NCBI GenBank assembly: GCA_050239825.1
Contig: JBFXGO010000001.1
Span: 32,001-96,000 of the forward strand
Reading direction: 5' to 3'
Length of the DNA: 64,000 nt
Source of the DNA: a bacterium
Lineage (GTDB): Bacteria; Hydrothermota; 32-111
The number at the start of each line of letters is the position of its first letter. Positions within the stretch are counted from its first letter, which is position 1. The translations under genes were made by a program, and so were the position numbers. Below are positions 8,939-18,807 of the stretch, one piece after another. The notes beneath the pieces are model-generated. The model searched no databases. It saw nothing but the letters and a program-made list of their open reading frames with translations, and had not been told where the DNA came from.

Positions 8939-10819
8939 GTTAAAAGAATCTTTTTATTTCTTCTTATTATATCCTTTTTTTTCATATTCTCAAGTAGAGA
9001 ACCCAATTATGATGATATAATTTATTTGAACAACGGAAAGCACATATCCGAAAATGGTGTAAAGTCAATCCTCGAAAGAGACTGGCCTTTTGCCGGAACA
9101 ACTGTCAAACTGACGGAGGGAACGCACTCAATCATGCCTCTGCTCTTCTATGCTCTCCTCTATAAGTTGGGGTTCTCTCTATTCTTCATGCATCTTCTTA
9201 TATATGTAATATACGCTTCAATGCTCTTTCCTCTGGAAGCTCTCTTCTCTCGTTTGAAAGCAAAACATCCTCTGGCTTTATCGGTTCTCTTTTTGATTAA
9301 TCCGGCTGTAAGTCTTTATGCCAATTCATTCATGTCTGACATACCTGCATTTTCTCTCTTGATTTTTTCTTTGTTCTTTCTTGTGAAAAACTTTGAGAAA
9401 AAGAATCTTATTTATCCAGCGCTCTTTATAATCTTTGCTGTTATGTCGATACTCTTTTCATACACATCGTTTTTTATCTTCCCGTTGATTTTTATTGCTT
9501 TTGAGGAGAGCAGGAAAAAGAAAAATCTTGTTTTGACGGGTATCTCTTTTACATTAGTCCTATCTATTATAGTAATCATGAATCTGCTCTCACTTGCTCC
9601 GACTCTATTCAGGTCCATAAGCTGGTTCGGTTCCGAAAGACTCTTCAATTACCACAGGACTCTTGAAAAGGTTCTTTCCCTCTTCGTTTGGACAGGTCTC
9701 TTTGCTTTGTCCGAAGTTTTTAAAAAGCATAAGAATAACTTTATCCTGTCTGCCGCTCTGGCGCTCCTCGCCGCAGGAGTCTCATTTTCACCTTTGTTAA
9801 CATTTAACAGTATAATCTCTCGTATTCTGCTCTTTCTTCTCTTGTTTTCAGGCATTTTTTCAACAGTCCGCCTTTTTATTGAAAAACAGATGCTCGTAAA
9901 AGGTGCGCTTCTTCTCTGCCTTGGGCTTTTTTCCGTTCTTCTCTTTCCCATGATTATAGGAAGATACATCCTGACCTTTCTTTTCTTCTTCGCCTTCCTG
10001 ATTTTTAGGAATGAGAGTTTCAAGCCGCTTATATTCAGCATTGCTTTCTCTGCGTCTCTTTCAGCGCTTCTTTTAACAAGCGATATGTTGCAGTCAAAAA
10101 GTTACAGGAATCTTGATTTTACGGGCTCTGACAGCGGCGAAAGCATTTCACTCGCCGCAAGAAGAAAGTATTTCATTGGAGAGTGGGGATACAGGTATCA
10201 GGCGGAGAAGATGAATGCGGAGCCTATGGATTTGAACAATCTGATGCTGAAAGAGGGGGACATTCTCTTTGCCCCCATGCTTGAGAATATGTCAGACATA
10301 ACATCCCTCTCAACTCATCTGAAGCTTTTAAAGACAGATTCGTTTTTTGATTTTCCTTTGAAGACTCTCTCAAAAGAGAGCGGGAGCGGTTACTACACAT
10401 CAATGTACGGCATACTTCCATTCTCTATTTCTAAAGAGAATTCCGTTAAAAATTATCATTACAGGTATAGGGAGATTCCCAATAAACACTTAATAAAATA
10501 CGCAGAGAGAGTCACATTCTGGGACGGAGAGGCTGTCATACCGTCAAACTTGAATGACACTCTTCTCTTTGATATGTCTGAAGGCGATACATTGAAAGTA
10601 AGGTTCTTTCCCGATGCGAGGATTCTGAAATCCGACGGAATCACCCTTACTTGTACTCTTTTGGATTCAAACATCAATAAGAGAGAGACTTCAAAAATGA
10701 ATTTCTCTCCGAAAGAAAACGAAATAATGGTATGCGGAGAGAGCGGTCTGTACATGATTACATTCTCTAAAAACAAAAATTCTTCATACGATTGGTTCGG
10801 AATAACAGTCACCGATTAG
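8936..10819 (+). CDS. Polytopic membrane protein, GT-C (ArnT/PMT-like) glycosyltransferase candidate
   Basis: N-terminal NYDD loop, INP...SDIP motif, many TM helices and a soluble C-terminus. Confidence 0.55.
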   Translation: MVKRIFLFLLIISFFFIFSSREPNYDDIIYLNNGKHISENGVKSILERDWPFAGTTVKLTEGTHSIMPLLFYALLYKLGFSLFFMHLLIYVIYASMLFPLEALFSRLKAKHPLALSVLFLINPAVSLYANSFMSDIPAFSLLIFSLFFLVKNFEKKNLIYPALFIIFAVMSILFSYTSFFIFPLIFIAFEESRKKKNLVLTGISFTLVLSIIVIMNLLSLAPTLFRSISWFGSERLFNYHRTLEKVLSLFVWTGLFALSEVFKKHKNNFILSAALALLAAGVSFSPLLTFNSIISRILLFLLLFSGIFSTVRLFIEKQMLVKGALLLCLGLFSVLLFPMIIGRYILTFLFFFAFLIFRNESFKPLIFSIAFSASLSALLLTSDMLQSKSYRNLDFTGSDSGESISLAARRKYFIGEWGYRYQAEKMNAEPMDLNNLMLKEGDILFAPMLENMSDITSLSTHLKLLKTDSFFDFPLKTLSKESGSGYYTSMYGILPFSISKENSVKNYHYRYREIPNKHLIKYAERVTFWDGEAVIPSNLNDTLLFDMSEGDTLKVRFFPDARILKSDGITLTCTLLDSNINKRETSKMNFSPKENEIMVCGESGLYMITFSKNKNSSYDWFGITVTD

Positions 10820-10977
10820 TTTTAAAGACGGCAGATAAAAGTCAAAAGCAATAACCGATGGGAGACCGGCGTCTAAAAAAGTTATTGCTTCAATCCCCCG
10901 TTTTCTTTTTGAAAAGATACATATTTTTTTATATTATATCTTGAATTTACATATATATTATGATATTATATAAAATT

Positions 10978-11628
10978 ATGAGAAATCTAAATGTGAGTTT
11001 TAGGATAGATACAATGGTAAATGGGGAAATTTCGACAAACACCCATATAATAAGCTGTCTTACAGACAATACTTGTATAGTTATAGATCCGGCAGACGGG
11101 AACAGAATTTCAGATTTTTTAAAAGACAATGATCTGGATATAAAATACATTGTCAATACTCACGGACACTTTGACCATATCTCAGGCAACAGATATTTAA
11201 AAGAGCTGTATGACCCTCTCATTTGCATTGGAGCAGAGGACGCAGAGTTTTTAACCACCCCCTCTCTCAATATGTCAGAGTTCATGGGACAAAATTATGT
11301 CTCTCCCAAATGCGATATAGTGCTGAAGGAGAATGACTACCTTGACCTTGGCGAAAATCGCATATATGTCAAACATACTCCGGGTCACACGCAGGGATCG
11401 ATAACCCTCGTTCTCGGAGGATTCAACTTTTCCGGAGACCTCATTTTCATGAAGGGTCTCGGAAGAACAGACCTTCCCGGAGGCGACCCTGTAAAACTTG
11501 TATCCTCAGTCCGCTCCTTCTGGACCGGATTGAAGATGGATTCATTTATTTACCCGGGGCACGGGAATTGCGGAAAAAAACTTTTATTTGAAGAAAGCAT
11601 GAAAGAAACTTTTCTTTACAGGTACTAG
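10978..11628 (+). CDS. MBL-fold metallo-hydrolase (glyoxalase II-like)
   Basis: THGHFDH, HTPGHT, SGD, GRTDLPGG and PGHG motifs. Confidence 0.9.
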   Translation: MRNLNVSFRIDTMVNGEISTNTHIISCLTDNTCIVIDPADGNRISDFLKDNDLDIKYIVNTHGHFDHISGNRYLKELYDPLICIGAEDAEFLTTPSLNMSEFMGQNYVSPKCDIVLKENDYLDLGENRIYVKHTPGHTQGSITLVLGGFNFSGDLIFMKGLGRTDLPGGDPVKLVSSVRSFWTGLKMDSFIYPGHGNCGKKLLFEESMKETFLYRY

Positions 11629-11629
11629 A

Positions 11630-13006
11630 ATGAGAATAACATTTTTCGGAGCAACTCGCACGGTGACAGGTTCAATGATGCTGATAGAGCACAAGGAGAA
11701 AAAGATACTTATGGAATGCGGGCTCTTTCAGGGAAGAAGAAGCGAAAGCGAGGAGCTGAATCGCCACTTCCCGTTTGACCCAAAATCAATAGATATGGTT
11801 ATAATCTCTCATGCCCACATAGACCACAGCGGTAATCTTCCAAACCTTGTCAAGCAGGGGTTTGAAGGCGATATTGTTGCAACTCACGCAACTCTGGACC
11901 TTCTTGATTTAATGCTTAGAGACAGCGGACATATTCATGAGAAGGACATAGAGTATCTGAACAAAAAACTGAAAAAGAAGAACGAACCTCCAAAAGAGCC
12001 GCTCTATACTGTAAAGGACGCCGAACATGCGCTCAGGCATCTGAAGGGATATAGCTACTACAGCACGGTTAAAATAGATGATGACTTGCAGTTCTCTTTC
12101 ATTGAGGCAGGCCACATACTCGGTTCTTCCCAGATACTTTTTGAAAACAAAGGCAGAAAGATTCTCTTCACGGGAGACATCGGAAGAGACCATATGCCTA
12201 TAATAAGAAATCCGGACAATGTAAGCGATGTGGATGTTCTTATAACCGAATCTACATACGGAGACAGAACCCACAGAAATATCAAGATGTCTCAGGATGA
12301 GCTTAAATCAATAATTGAGAAGACGCATGCTAAGAGGGGCAATCTGGTGGTGCCCTCATTTTCTGTGGGCCGCACTCAGGAGATTTTGTTTGACATCTAC
12401 AACCTAAAGAGGGATAATGCAATACCTCAAATGAAGATTTTTGTGGATTCTCCGCTTAGTTCCAATGTGACGGATGTTTTTAAAAACCATCCTGAATGTT
12501 ATGACACCGAGATGATGTCTCTCTTCAACTCGAAGGAGAATCCTTTCGAGTTTGACGGACTTTACTACATAACCGATGTGGAGGATTCCAAACAGCTGAA
12601 TATGCTGAAAGAACCGTCCATAATAATTTCATCAAGCGGAATGTGCGAAGCGGGAAGAATACTGCACCACCTCAAGCACAACATAACAGAGAAGAGGAAT
12701 ACAATTCTTGTGACCGGATTCATGGCTGAGAATACATTGGGAAGAAGAATCGCCGAGAGAGAGAAGAAGGTAAAAATATTTTCGGAGGAGTTTCCGCTTA
12801 AAGCGGATGTTTATATAATGAATGAATACAGCGCTCATGCGGATAAGAATGACCTGCTCAGGCATGTGAAAAATTCAAATCCCAAAAAGATTTTTCTTGT
12901 GCACGGCGAGGCGGGGCAGATGGACTCATTTGCAAAGACGCTTGATTTGAACGGCTACAAATCAGTCGAAAGACCTGTAAGGGGAGAGGCTCATGACTTC
13001 AGCTGA
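11630..13006 (+). CDS. MBL-fold beta-CASP ribonuclease
   Basis: SHAHIDH, AGHILGS, ESTYG, GRTQE, SAHAD and VHGE motifs. Confidence 0.92.
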   Translation: MRITFFGATRTVTGSMMLIEHKEKKILMECGLFQGRRSESEELNRHFPFDPKSIDMVIISHAHIDHSGNLPNLVKQGFEGDIVATHATLDLLDLMLRDSGHIHEKDIEYLNKKLKKKNEPPKEPLYTVKDAEHALRHLKGYSYYSTVKIDDDLQFSFIEAGHILGSSQILFENKGRKILFTGDIGRDHMPIIRNPDNVSDVDVLITESTYGDRTHRNIKMSQDELKSIIEKTHAKRGNLVVPSFSVGRTQEILFDIYNLKRDNAIPQMKIFVDSPLSSNVTDVFKNHPECYDTEMMSLFNSKENPFEFDGLYYITDVEDSKQLNMLKEPSIIISSSGMCEAGRILHHLKHNITEKRNTILVTGFMAENTLGRRIAEREKKVKIFSEEFPLKADVYIMNEYSAHADKNDLLRHVKNSNPKKIFLVHGEAGQMDSFAKTLDLNGYKSVERPVRGEAHDFS

Positions 13007-13886
13007 AGAGAATCTTCTGAAAGAGTACTACTCATATCTCCTTTCTGAAAGAAGCTGTTCAAGAGAGACCGCCGACTACTACATGACCGATATATCGCAG
13101 TTAATTAAATTCATTGAGGGGACAGGTCATGGAGTTTTTGATGCCACATCAAAAGACATAAAAGATTTTTTCAATTCTCTGGCGGATGTTGAGGCGAAGC
13201 ACACTACAATGTCAAGGAAACTTTCAAGCATTAAAAATTTTTATATATTTCTTATGTCTGAGAATAAAATAGAAACAGACCCTTCCGAGAACATTGAGAC
13301 TCCGAAGCTGAACAAATCACTCCCGGATGCTTTGACTATAGAGGAGATAAACTCTCTCATGGAAAGCATATCCGGCGATGACTGGAGATCTATTAGGGAC
13401 AGGGCGCTTCTTGAAACCATATACGGATGCGGTCTCAGAGTCTCGGAATCAACTTCAATGACTCTTGAATCTGTCAATTTCAAGGAAGAGTATGTTATAG
13501 TGCTCGGAAAGAGAATGAAGGAAAGGATTGTTCCGATAAGCAGAAAAGCATTGACAGCTCTCTCAAACTACATTGAAAAATCAAGGTGTGTTTTGAACAA
13601 CAAACAGTCGAAGTACCTTTTTCTCAATAGATTCGGCACTCAGCTCAGCCGTATGTCTGTGTGGAGTATTTTAAGAGAGAGAGCGGCAGCGGCGGGAATT
13701 ACGGCGAGAATGCATCCCCATATACTCAGGCATTCATTTGCCACACATCTTTTAGAGGGTGGCGCCGATTTGAGAAGCGTTCAGGAGATGCTTGGTCATT
13801 CGAGCATCCTTACAACAGAGATATACACTCATGTCAGCAGAAAGTTCATAAAGGAAATCTATAATGCATATCATCCCAGGAGCTAA
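12993..13886 (+). CDS. xerD: Site-specific tyrosine recombinase XerD
   Basis: RDRALLETIYGCGLRVSE, HPHILRHSFATHLLEGGADLRSVQEMLGH, IYTHV and C-terminal YHPR. Confidence 0.88.
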   Translation: MTSAEENLLKEYYSYLLSERSCSRETADYYMTDISQLIKFIEGTGHGVFDATSKDIKDFFNSLADVEAKHTTMSRKLSSIKNFYIFLMSENKIETDPSENIETPKLNKSLPDALTIEEINSLMESISGDDWRSIRDRALLETIYGCGLRVSESTSMTLESVNFKEEYVIVLGKRMKERIVPISRKALTALSNYIEKSRCVLNNKQSKYLFLNRFGTQLSRMSVWSILRERAAAAGITARMHPHILRHSFATHLLEGGADLRSVQEMLGHSSILTTEIYTHVSRKFIKEIYNAYHPRS

Positions 13887-13897
13887 AAGGGGGATTT

Positions 13898-16800
13898 ATG
13901 TTTTTTAAGAAAGGAAAAGGCGAAGAGAACAGAACGGAAAAAAAGACGGAACCGGTGGTTCTCAAAAAAAAGAAGGGGATAAAACCCGCCTCCTTTGAAA
14001 AGAAAGAGAAGGTTGTTCTTAAACCCGGCGGAGTTGAAGATACAGCCGAAGACCTCTCAGCAGGTCTCGACGATCTCATTTCCGACCTTGATGCGCAGGC
14101 GCAGAATGACGAATCCGAAGGAGAAGATTCCCTTGATTCCCTTACTGATATGCTTGAATCAATTGATGAGTTTAAAGAAGATAATGAAACAAAAGAAGAG
14201 AAGGATGATGATTCAAAACAGAAGCAGGAAAATGAAAAAGAGGATATCGCCGACTCAATTTCGGATTTGATGGATTTATCGGAGTCATTTGAAGATATTG
14301 ATGAGAAGATCGAGAAAGAAGCAGAAGCTAAGACAGCTGCCGCCAAGCCTGAAGAAACAGAAGCAAAAAAAGAAGTGGCATCTGAAAAGAAAAAAATAAC
14401 AGACGATGGAATAGAATCTCTTGAAGAGCTTGCAGAGGGGATAGGAGTCCTTGAAGAGACTAATAGTGAGGTGGCTTACATTAAAGAAGTTGATTTGGAT
14501 GTTGAGACGACCACCGACGCAAAAATCGATAATGCGGAGGAGATATCCCTGGACGATGAAAAAGAAACAGAGGAGGAATCTGTTGAGGCGATGCCGACTG
14601 TAAGCGAAGAAATTGTGCTTGAAGAGAACAAACAAAAGGAAAAGGCGGAAGAAAACTCCGCAGAAGCGCAGACGCAAAAAGAAGAAATGGAAGAGACCTC
14701 AGCCGATGATTTTTCAGGAATGCTCGATGCTGTTGAAACCGCTGTCGAAGAAGAAGCAGAAAAACCTGCTCATGCCGAGGAATCCTTCGGAAGAAAAGAT
14801 GAAATGATTGACTTCGATTCCGATACATCCAATCGCATACAAATTGCAGCGGAAGAGAAAACGGTTATGGCTGACGATGAGAAACTGAATGACCTTGTCT
14901 CAAATATAATGAAGAAATCAATGGAAGAGAAGGAACTGCGCGATAAGATAAATGAAAACAACAAACAGTTGAACAGCTTGAAGAAGGATATTGAGAGAGA
15001 AAAGACTCAGCTGTCAAAGATCTCCGAAGAGTACAGAAAGCAGAAGACGAAGCTGGAGTTGCTTGACAAAGAGACCTCCGAGAGGTCTTCAAAGCTGAAC
15101 TCCGATTTCGAGAGCATGAAGAAAGAATACGAACTGAAGAAAAAAGAGGTTGCTTCTCTCAATGAAGCCGTGCTGACTGCCCGCCAAGAGAAGAAAGAGT
15201 TTGAGGAACTTCTAAAAGATGTAAAGACAAAATTTGAAAATAACAGCAATTCTCTCGACCAGATGAAGCTTGAAAAAGAAAAAACCGAGAATGAACTTGT
15301 CAGAGTCAAGCGAAGCATAGATGACCTTAAAAAATCTCAGACAGACCTTGAGAACGGCATAAACCAGCAGAAAAATCAGGAAAAGGAAATAAGAACCCTG
15401 CTGGAAAAAGCTAAAAAAGATTCGGAGGCGGTGAGCAGGAAAAATGAGGAAGAGAAGAAAATATTAAAGGATATAGAGAGCAAGATAGAGAGCAAGAGAG
15501 ATTATCTCAACTCTCTCGAATCTGGAATGGGCAAGACGATAAATCAGGAAATGGATCTCGGAGAAAAGATTAAGGAGCTTAAGAAGCGCGCCGATGAGAT
15601 GAAAACGCAGAATGCGGCGAATGAAAAGGAGAGCGAAAAGATTAGTAAAGAGAAGAATTCTCTTGAAAAGGATTTTCAGAAGACAAAAACAAACTACGAG
15701 CAGATGAAATTGCAAGCCGAAGAGTATCAGACAAAAGCCAAGAGGGCAAGAGAGGATTATGACAAGGCAATAGAATTGCTGGCAGACAAAGAGAGGCAGA
15801 TTAAGGAGAAAGAGGCATATTACGGAGAAATGGAGACTCTTATCAACTCCAATGAAAAGAAGAAAAAGAATATTGAATCCGAGATTTCCGAAAACGGAAA
15901 GAAACTTGATGAAATAAAGCAGACCATTAAAGTCAATCAGGCGAAACTTGATGAAATCATGAAGGGCTATTCGGGATTTTCGGACAGGTATGTTGAAATA
16001 AAGAATGAAATGGCTGAATATGAGAAGCAGAGAAAAACCTTAATCGCAGACATAGAAAAAACACGCAAAGAAAAAATTGAGACTGAGAAGAGTCTCTCCG
16101 AATTGAAGGAAGATGAAGCCTCCTTGAAGGAGAACATAAAGAATGACACTCAAGAGCTTGAAAAACTCAAATCAAATGCAGAAATGATATTGGCAAATTT
16201 CAATGGCAAAGAGCTTGAACGAAAACAGCTTGTTGAAGAGATTGTCAGGAAGAACGAGGAGAAGAACAGTCTCATAGATGAAATAGAAAAAATCAAAATT
16301 GAAGTGCTTGAGCAGGAGGAGATATTAAGCGGTGTTGAAAATCAGGTAAAGGAGAATACCGTCCGGCTTGAGAAGGTAGAGAAGGAGAGTAAATCGATAT
16401 TAGAGGAGAAAGAGACGGAACTCTCTATAATTGATGAGGAAATAGCGGGGAAAAATAGAATTCTTGAAGAGATGGAAAATAAAATCTCACAATTAAAAGA
16501 GCGCGAAGCTAATATTGAGAATGAGATAAAAGAGAGGATGACAGGAGTATCAGCCGCAGTTGAGGAGATGGAGAAGGAAAAACAAAAGCTGAATGAGGAG
16601 ATAATCGAACTGCAGAATGAATCCCTCTCACTGAAGTCGGACAAGGAAGAGCTTGACAAGTGGCTTAAAGAGAAGGAGGCGGAAGCTGTAAGATACGGAG
16701 GGAAACTGAAAGAAGACAAGGAGAAACTTGAAAATCTCCAAACGAGTGTGCAAATGGCAACTGTGGATTTGGAGGATGTGAGACTTCAGAAGGAGAGCTT

Positions 16801-18166
16801 TGCCCAGGAAATTGAGGAGCTGAAAGCCGAGGAGATTAAGAACCGCACCATGCTTGAAGAGAGAAAGCGAGAGTTTGAAGAGTTGAACGAAAAAGTCGAG
16901 AGAATAGAGACGGATTTCCCGAATATAAGGGAATACAAGCCTCTTCAGGATGATTCGCCGCAGATAATTGAAGCCAAGATGGGGCTCAACCAGCTTCTAA
17001 AGATAAAAGGCAAGCTTGACGAGATAATAATACTAAGGAAAAATCAGGAGAGAAAACTTGCCGCAGTGCTCGGCATAGAGAAGATTGAAAATATAAAGAA
17101 GAACATAGAGACGGAACTGTCGGACAAGGAGAAGATGCTTCTCAATTACAGAAAGGATCTCGACGCCGTAACAAACGACCTTAAAGCCAAAAATGCAGAA
17201 CTTTCGAGGATTGGCGCAAAGCGTCAGGAAATGCAGCAATCATTTGTGGATGATCAGGTTAAGCTTGAAAACTTAAAGAAGGAACTCTCTGAGACGACCC
17301 AAAAGATGGTTAAGATAGCCAAGATAGAAAAACAAATGCAGGAGCAGTATAACACTCTCACATCGGAATTGAAAAAATTTAATGATGAGAGGGATCTGAT
17401 AACATCAAAAATCAATGCGGAGAAGTTTCATCTTGACGAACTTACGGCTAAAAAGACAGAAATGGAAAATGCCGTTAACTCTCTCAATGAGCAACTTCTG
17501 CAGAAAAAGAGTGCGCTACAGGCTGAAACAGTCGCCCTTGAAGATGACTTGTCAAAGAAGAGAGATGAGATACAACTTGAAATCGAAAATCTGAAACAGG
17601 AGCAGAACAGACTGAAAGAAGAGAATATTTCTGCGCGACATCTTGGAGACAAGGATGCCGTGGAAAAACTGGAGGCGGAAAACAGACAGCTCAGGGAAAA
17701 TCTGCAGAAGTCGCACAATCAGATTATAAAAGCAAATAATGAAACGGAACAGTTGAGAATCAAACTCGCGGAGGCGGAGAAGGAATCATTGATAAAATCA
17801 ACACCAATAGAATCTTCCAAAGACGATGCGGCAAGAATGAGAAGAATGGAGGAAGCTGTGTTGAGGCTTGAAGCAAACAACAAAACACTATTAAGCAATC
17901 TGGAGAAGACAAAGAGCGAAAAAACGCAAATCTCCGCAGATGCTTTGAAGTTCCAAGAGCCTGTAAAACCCCAGGAGAAGAAAACAGACATATTTGAAGC
18001 TCTGTCGCAGCCGCCGGCAAGGCAGAATGTTTTTGCCCCTGAAGCCGAACAGAGAAGAGAATCTGTCGAAGAAAAGAGTTTGTCAGAGTATCAGGATACA
18101 TTCAAAAAAATGGAGAGCGAGTCGTCAAAGGAATCATCATCTGCTGATGATATCCTGTTCGGCTGA
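13898..18166 (+). CDS. Very large coiled-coil protein with acidic disordered N-terminal region, function unknown
   Basis: 1422-aa ORF, E/K-rich heptad-like sequence over about 1000 aa; no Walker motifs seen. Confidence 0.8.
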   Translation: MFFKKGKGEENRTEKKTEPVVLKKKKGIKPASFEKKEKVVLKPGGVEDTAEDLSAGLDDLISDLDAQAQNDESEGEDSLDSLTDMLESIDEFKEDNETKEEKDDDSKQKQENEKEDIADSISDLMDLSESFEDIDEKIEKEAEAKTAAAKPEETEAKKEVASEKKKITDDGIESLEELAEGIGVLEETNSEVAYIKEVDLDVETTTDAKIDNAEEISLDDEKETEEESVEAMPTVSEEIVLEENKQKEKAEENSAEAQTQKEEMEETSADDFSGMLDAVETAVEEEAEKPAHAEESFGRKDEMIDFDSDTSNRIQIAAEEKTVMADDEKLNDLVSNIMKKSMEEKELRDKINENNKQLNSLKKDIEREKTQLSKISEEYRKQKTKLELLDKETSERSSKLNSDFESMKKEYELKKKEVASLNEAVLTARQEKKEFEELLKDVKTKFENNSNSLDQMKLEKEKTENELVRVKRSIDDLKKSQTDLENGINQQKNQEKEIRTLLEKAKKDSEAVSRKNEEEKKILKDIESKIESKRDYLNSLESGMGKTINQEMDLGEKIKELKKRADEMKTQNAANEKESEKISKEKNSLEKDFQKTKTNYEQMKLQAEEYQTKAKRAREDYDKAIELLADKERQIKEKEAYYGEMETLINSNEKKKKNIESEISENGKKLDEIKQTIKVNQAKLDEIMKGYSGFSDRYVEIKNEMAEYEKQRKTLIADIEKTRKEKIETEKSLSELKEDEASLKENIKNDTQELEKLKSNAEMILANFNGKELERKQLVEEIVRKNEEKNSLIDEIEKIKIEVLEQEEILSGVENQVKENTVRLEKVEKESKSILEEKETELSIIDEEIAGKNRILEEMENKISQLKEREANIENEIKERMTGVSAAVEEMEKEKQKLNEEIIELQNESLSLKSDKEELDKWLKEKEAEAVRYGGKLKEDKEKLENLQTSVQMATVDLEDVRLQKESFAQEIEELKAEEIKNRTMLEERKREFEELNEKVERIETDFPNIREYKPLQDDSPQIIEAKMGLNQLLKIKGKLDEIIILRKNQERKLAAVLGIEKIENIKKNIETELSDKEKMLLNYRKDLDAVTNDLKAKNAELSRIGAKRQEMQQSFVDDQVKLENLKKELSETTQKMVKIAKIEKQMQEQYNTLTSELKKFNDERDLITSKINAEKFHLDELTAKKTEMENAVNSLNEQLLQKKSALQAETVALEDDLSKKRDEIQLEIENLKQEQNRLKEENISARHLGDKDAVEKLEAENRQLRENLQKSHNQIIKANNETEQLRIKLAEAEKESLIKSTPIESSKDDAARMRRMEEAVLRLEANNKTLLSNLEKTKSEKTQISADALKFQEPVKPQEKKTDIFEALSQPPARQNVFAPEAEQRRESVEEKSLSEYQDTFKKMESESSKESSSADDILFG

Positions 18167-18168
18167 TT

Positions 18169-18795
18169 ATGATAAAATGCATCATACCTGCAAGAAAGAA
18201 CAGCAGAAGGATTATCGGCAAGAACCTGTTGAAGCTTAATGGAGATACACTTATTGATATTGCTGTTGAATCAGCTCTTCAAAGCAGTGTGTGCGATGAA
18301 ATTATTGTGTCAACCGACATATCGGACGGATTCAGAAGAATGGGAGTGACCGTTGACAGAAGGCCTGCGGCAACGGCAAAGAGCAGGTCATCGTCGGGTT
18401 CGCTGATAGAGCATCTTATCAAAAAACACCGCTTCAATGATGATGACACAGTAATTCTTTTACAGCCGACTTCTCCCAACAGAAGAGGCATTGATATAAA
18501 AAGAGCTCTTGAGATTTTCAAAACGAACAATGTACCCGTAGTATCAGTCTTTGAATACAATAAGCTCAGTGACAATCTCTTCAAACCCGAGAAAGAAGGC
18601 TTTATCCGCAAGATTTCTTTTAAAGAGAGAATGATTTACCGCATGAATGGCGCGATCTTCATTTTTTCGGTGACTCATTTCAAAAAGTGCGGAGGTGTTC
18701 CTCAGGAGAGAGTGATGCCGTACATAATGGATGAGAAAGATTCAACAGATATAGATGAATATCTGGATTATATAAAGGCAGTTGTATTGAAATAG
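18169..18795 (+). CDS. Acylneuraminate (nonulosonic acid) cytidylyltransferase, NeuA-like
   Basis: IIPARKNSRRIIGKN, VSTD, LLQPTSP, NGAIF and DID motifs. Confidence 0.88.
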   Translation: MIKCIIPARKNSRRIIGKNLLKLNGDTLIDIAVESALQSSVCDEIIVSTDISDGFRRMGVTVDRRPAATAKSRSSSGSLIEHLIKKHRFNDDDTVILLQPTSPNRRGIDIKRALEIFKTNNVPVVSVFEYNKLSDNLFKPEKEGFIRKISFKERMIYRMNGAIFIFSVTHFKKCGGVPQERVMPYIMDEKDSTDIDEYLDYIKAVVLK

Positions 18796-18807
18796 AAGGA
18801 GGACACG

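Noticed and set aside
10825..10895. c-di-GMP or fluoride riboswitch
   Set aside because: The conserved core motifs and stem arrangement of either class could not be matched.
12993..13886. Prophage/ICE integrase
   Set aside because: Length and motifs match housekeeping XerD, embedded in an operon with no att sites or mobile genes.
13898..18166. SMC/SbcC or phage tape-measure protein
   Set aside because: No Walker A/B, signature or hinge motifs were recognised, and there are no phage genes nearby.
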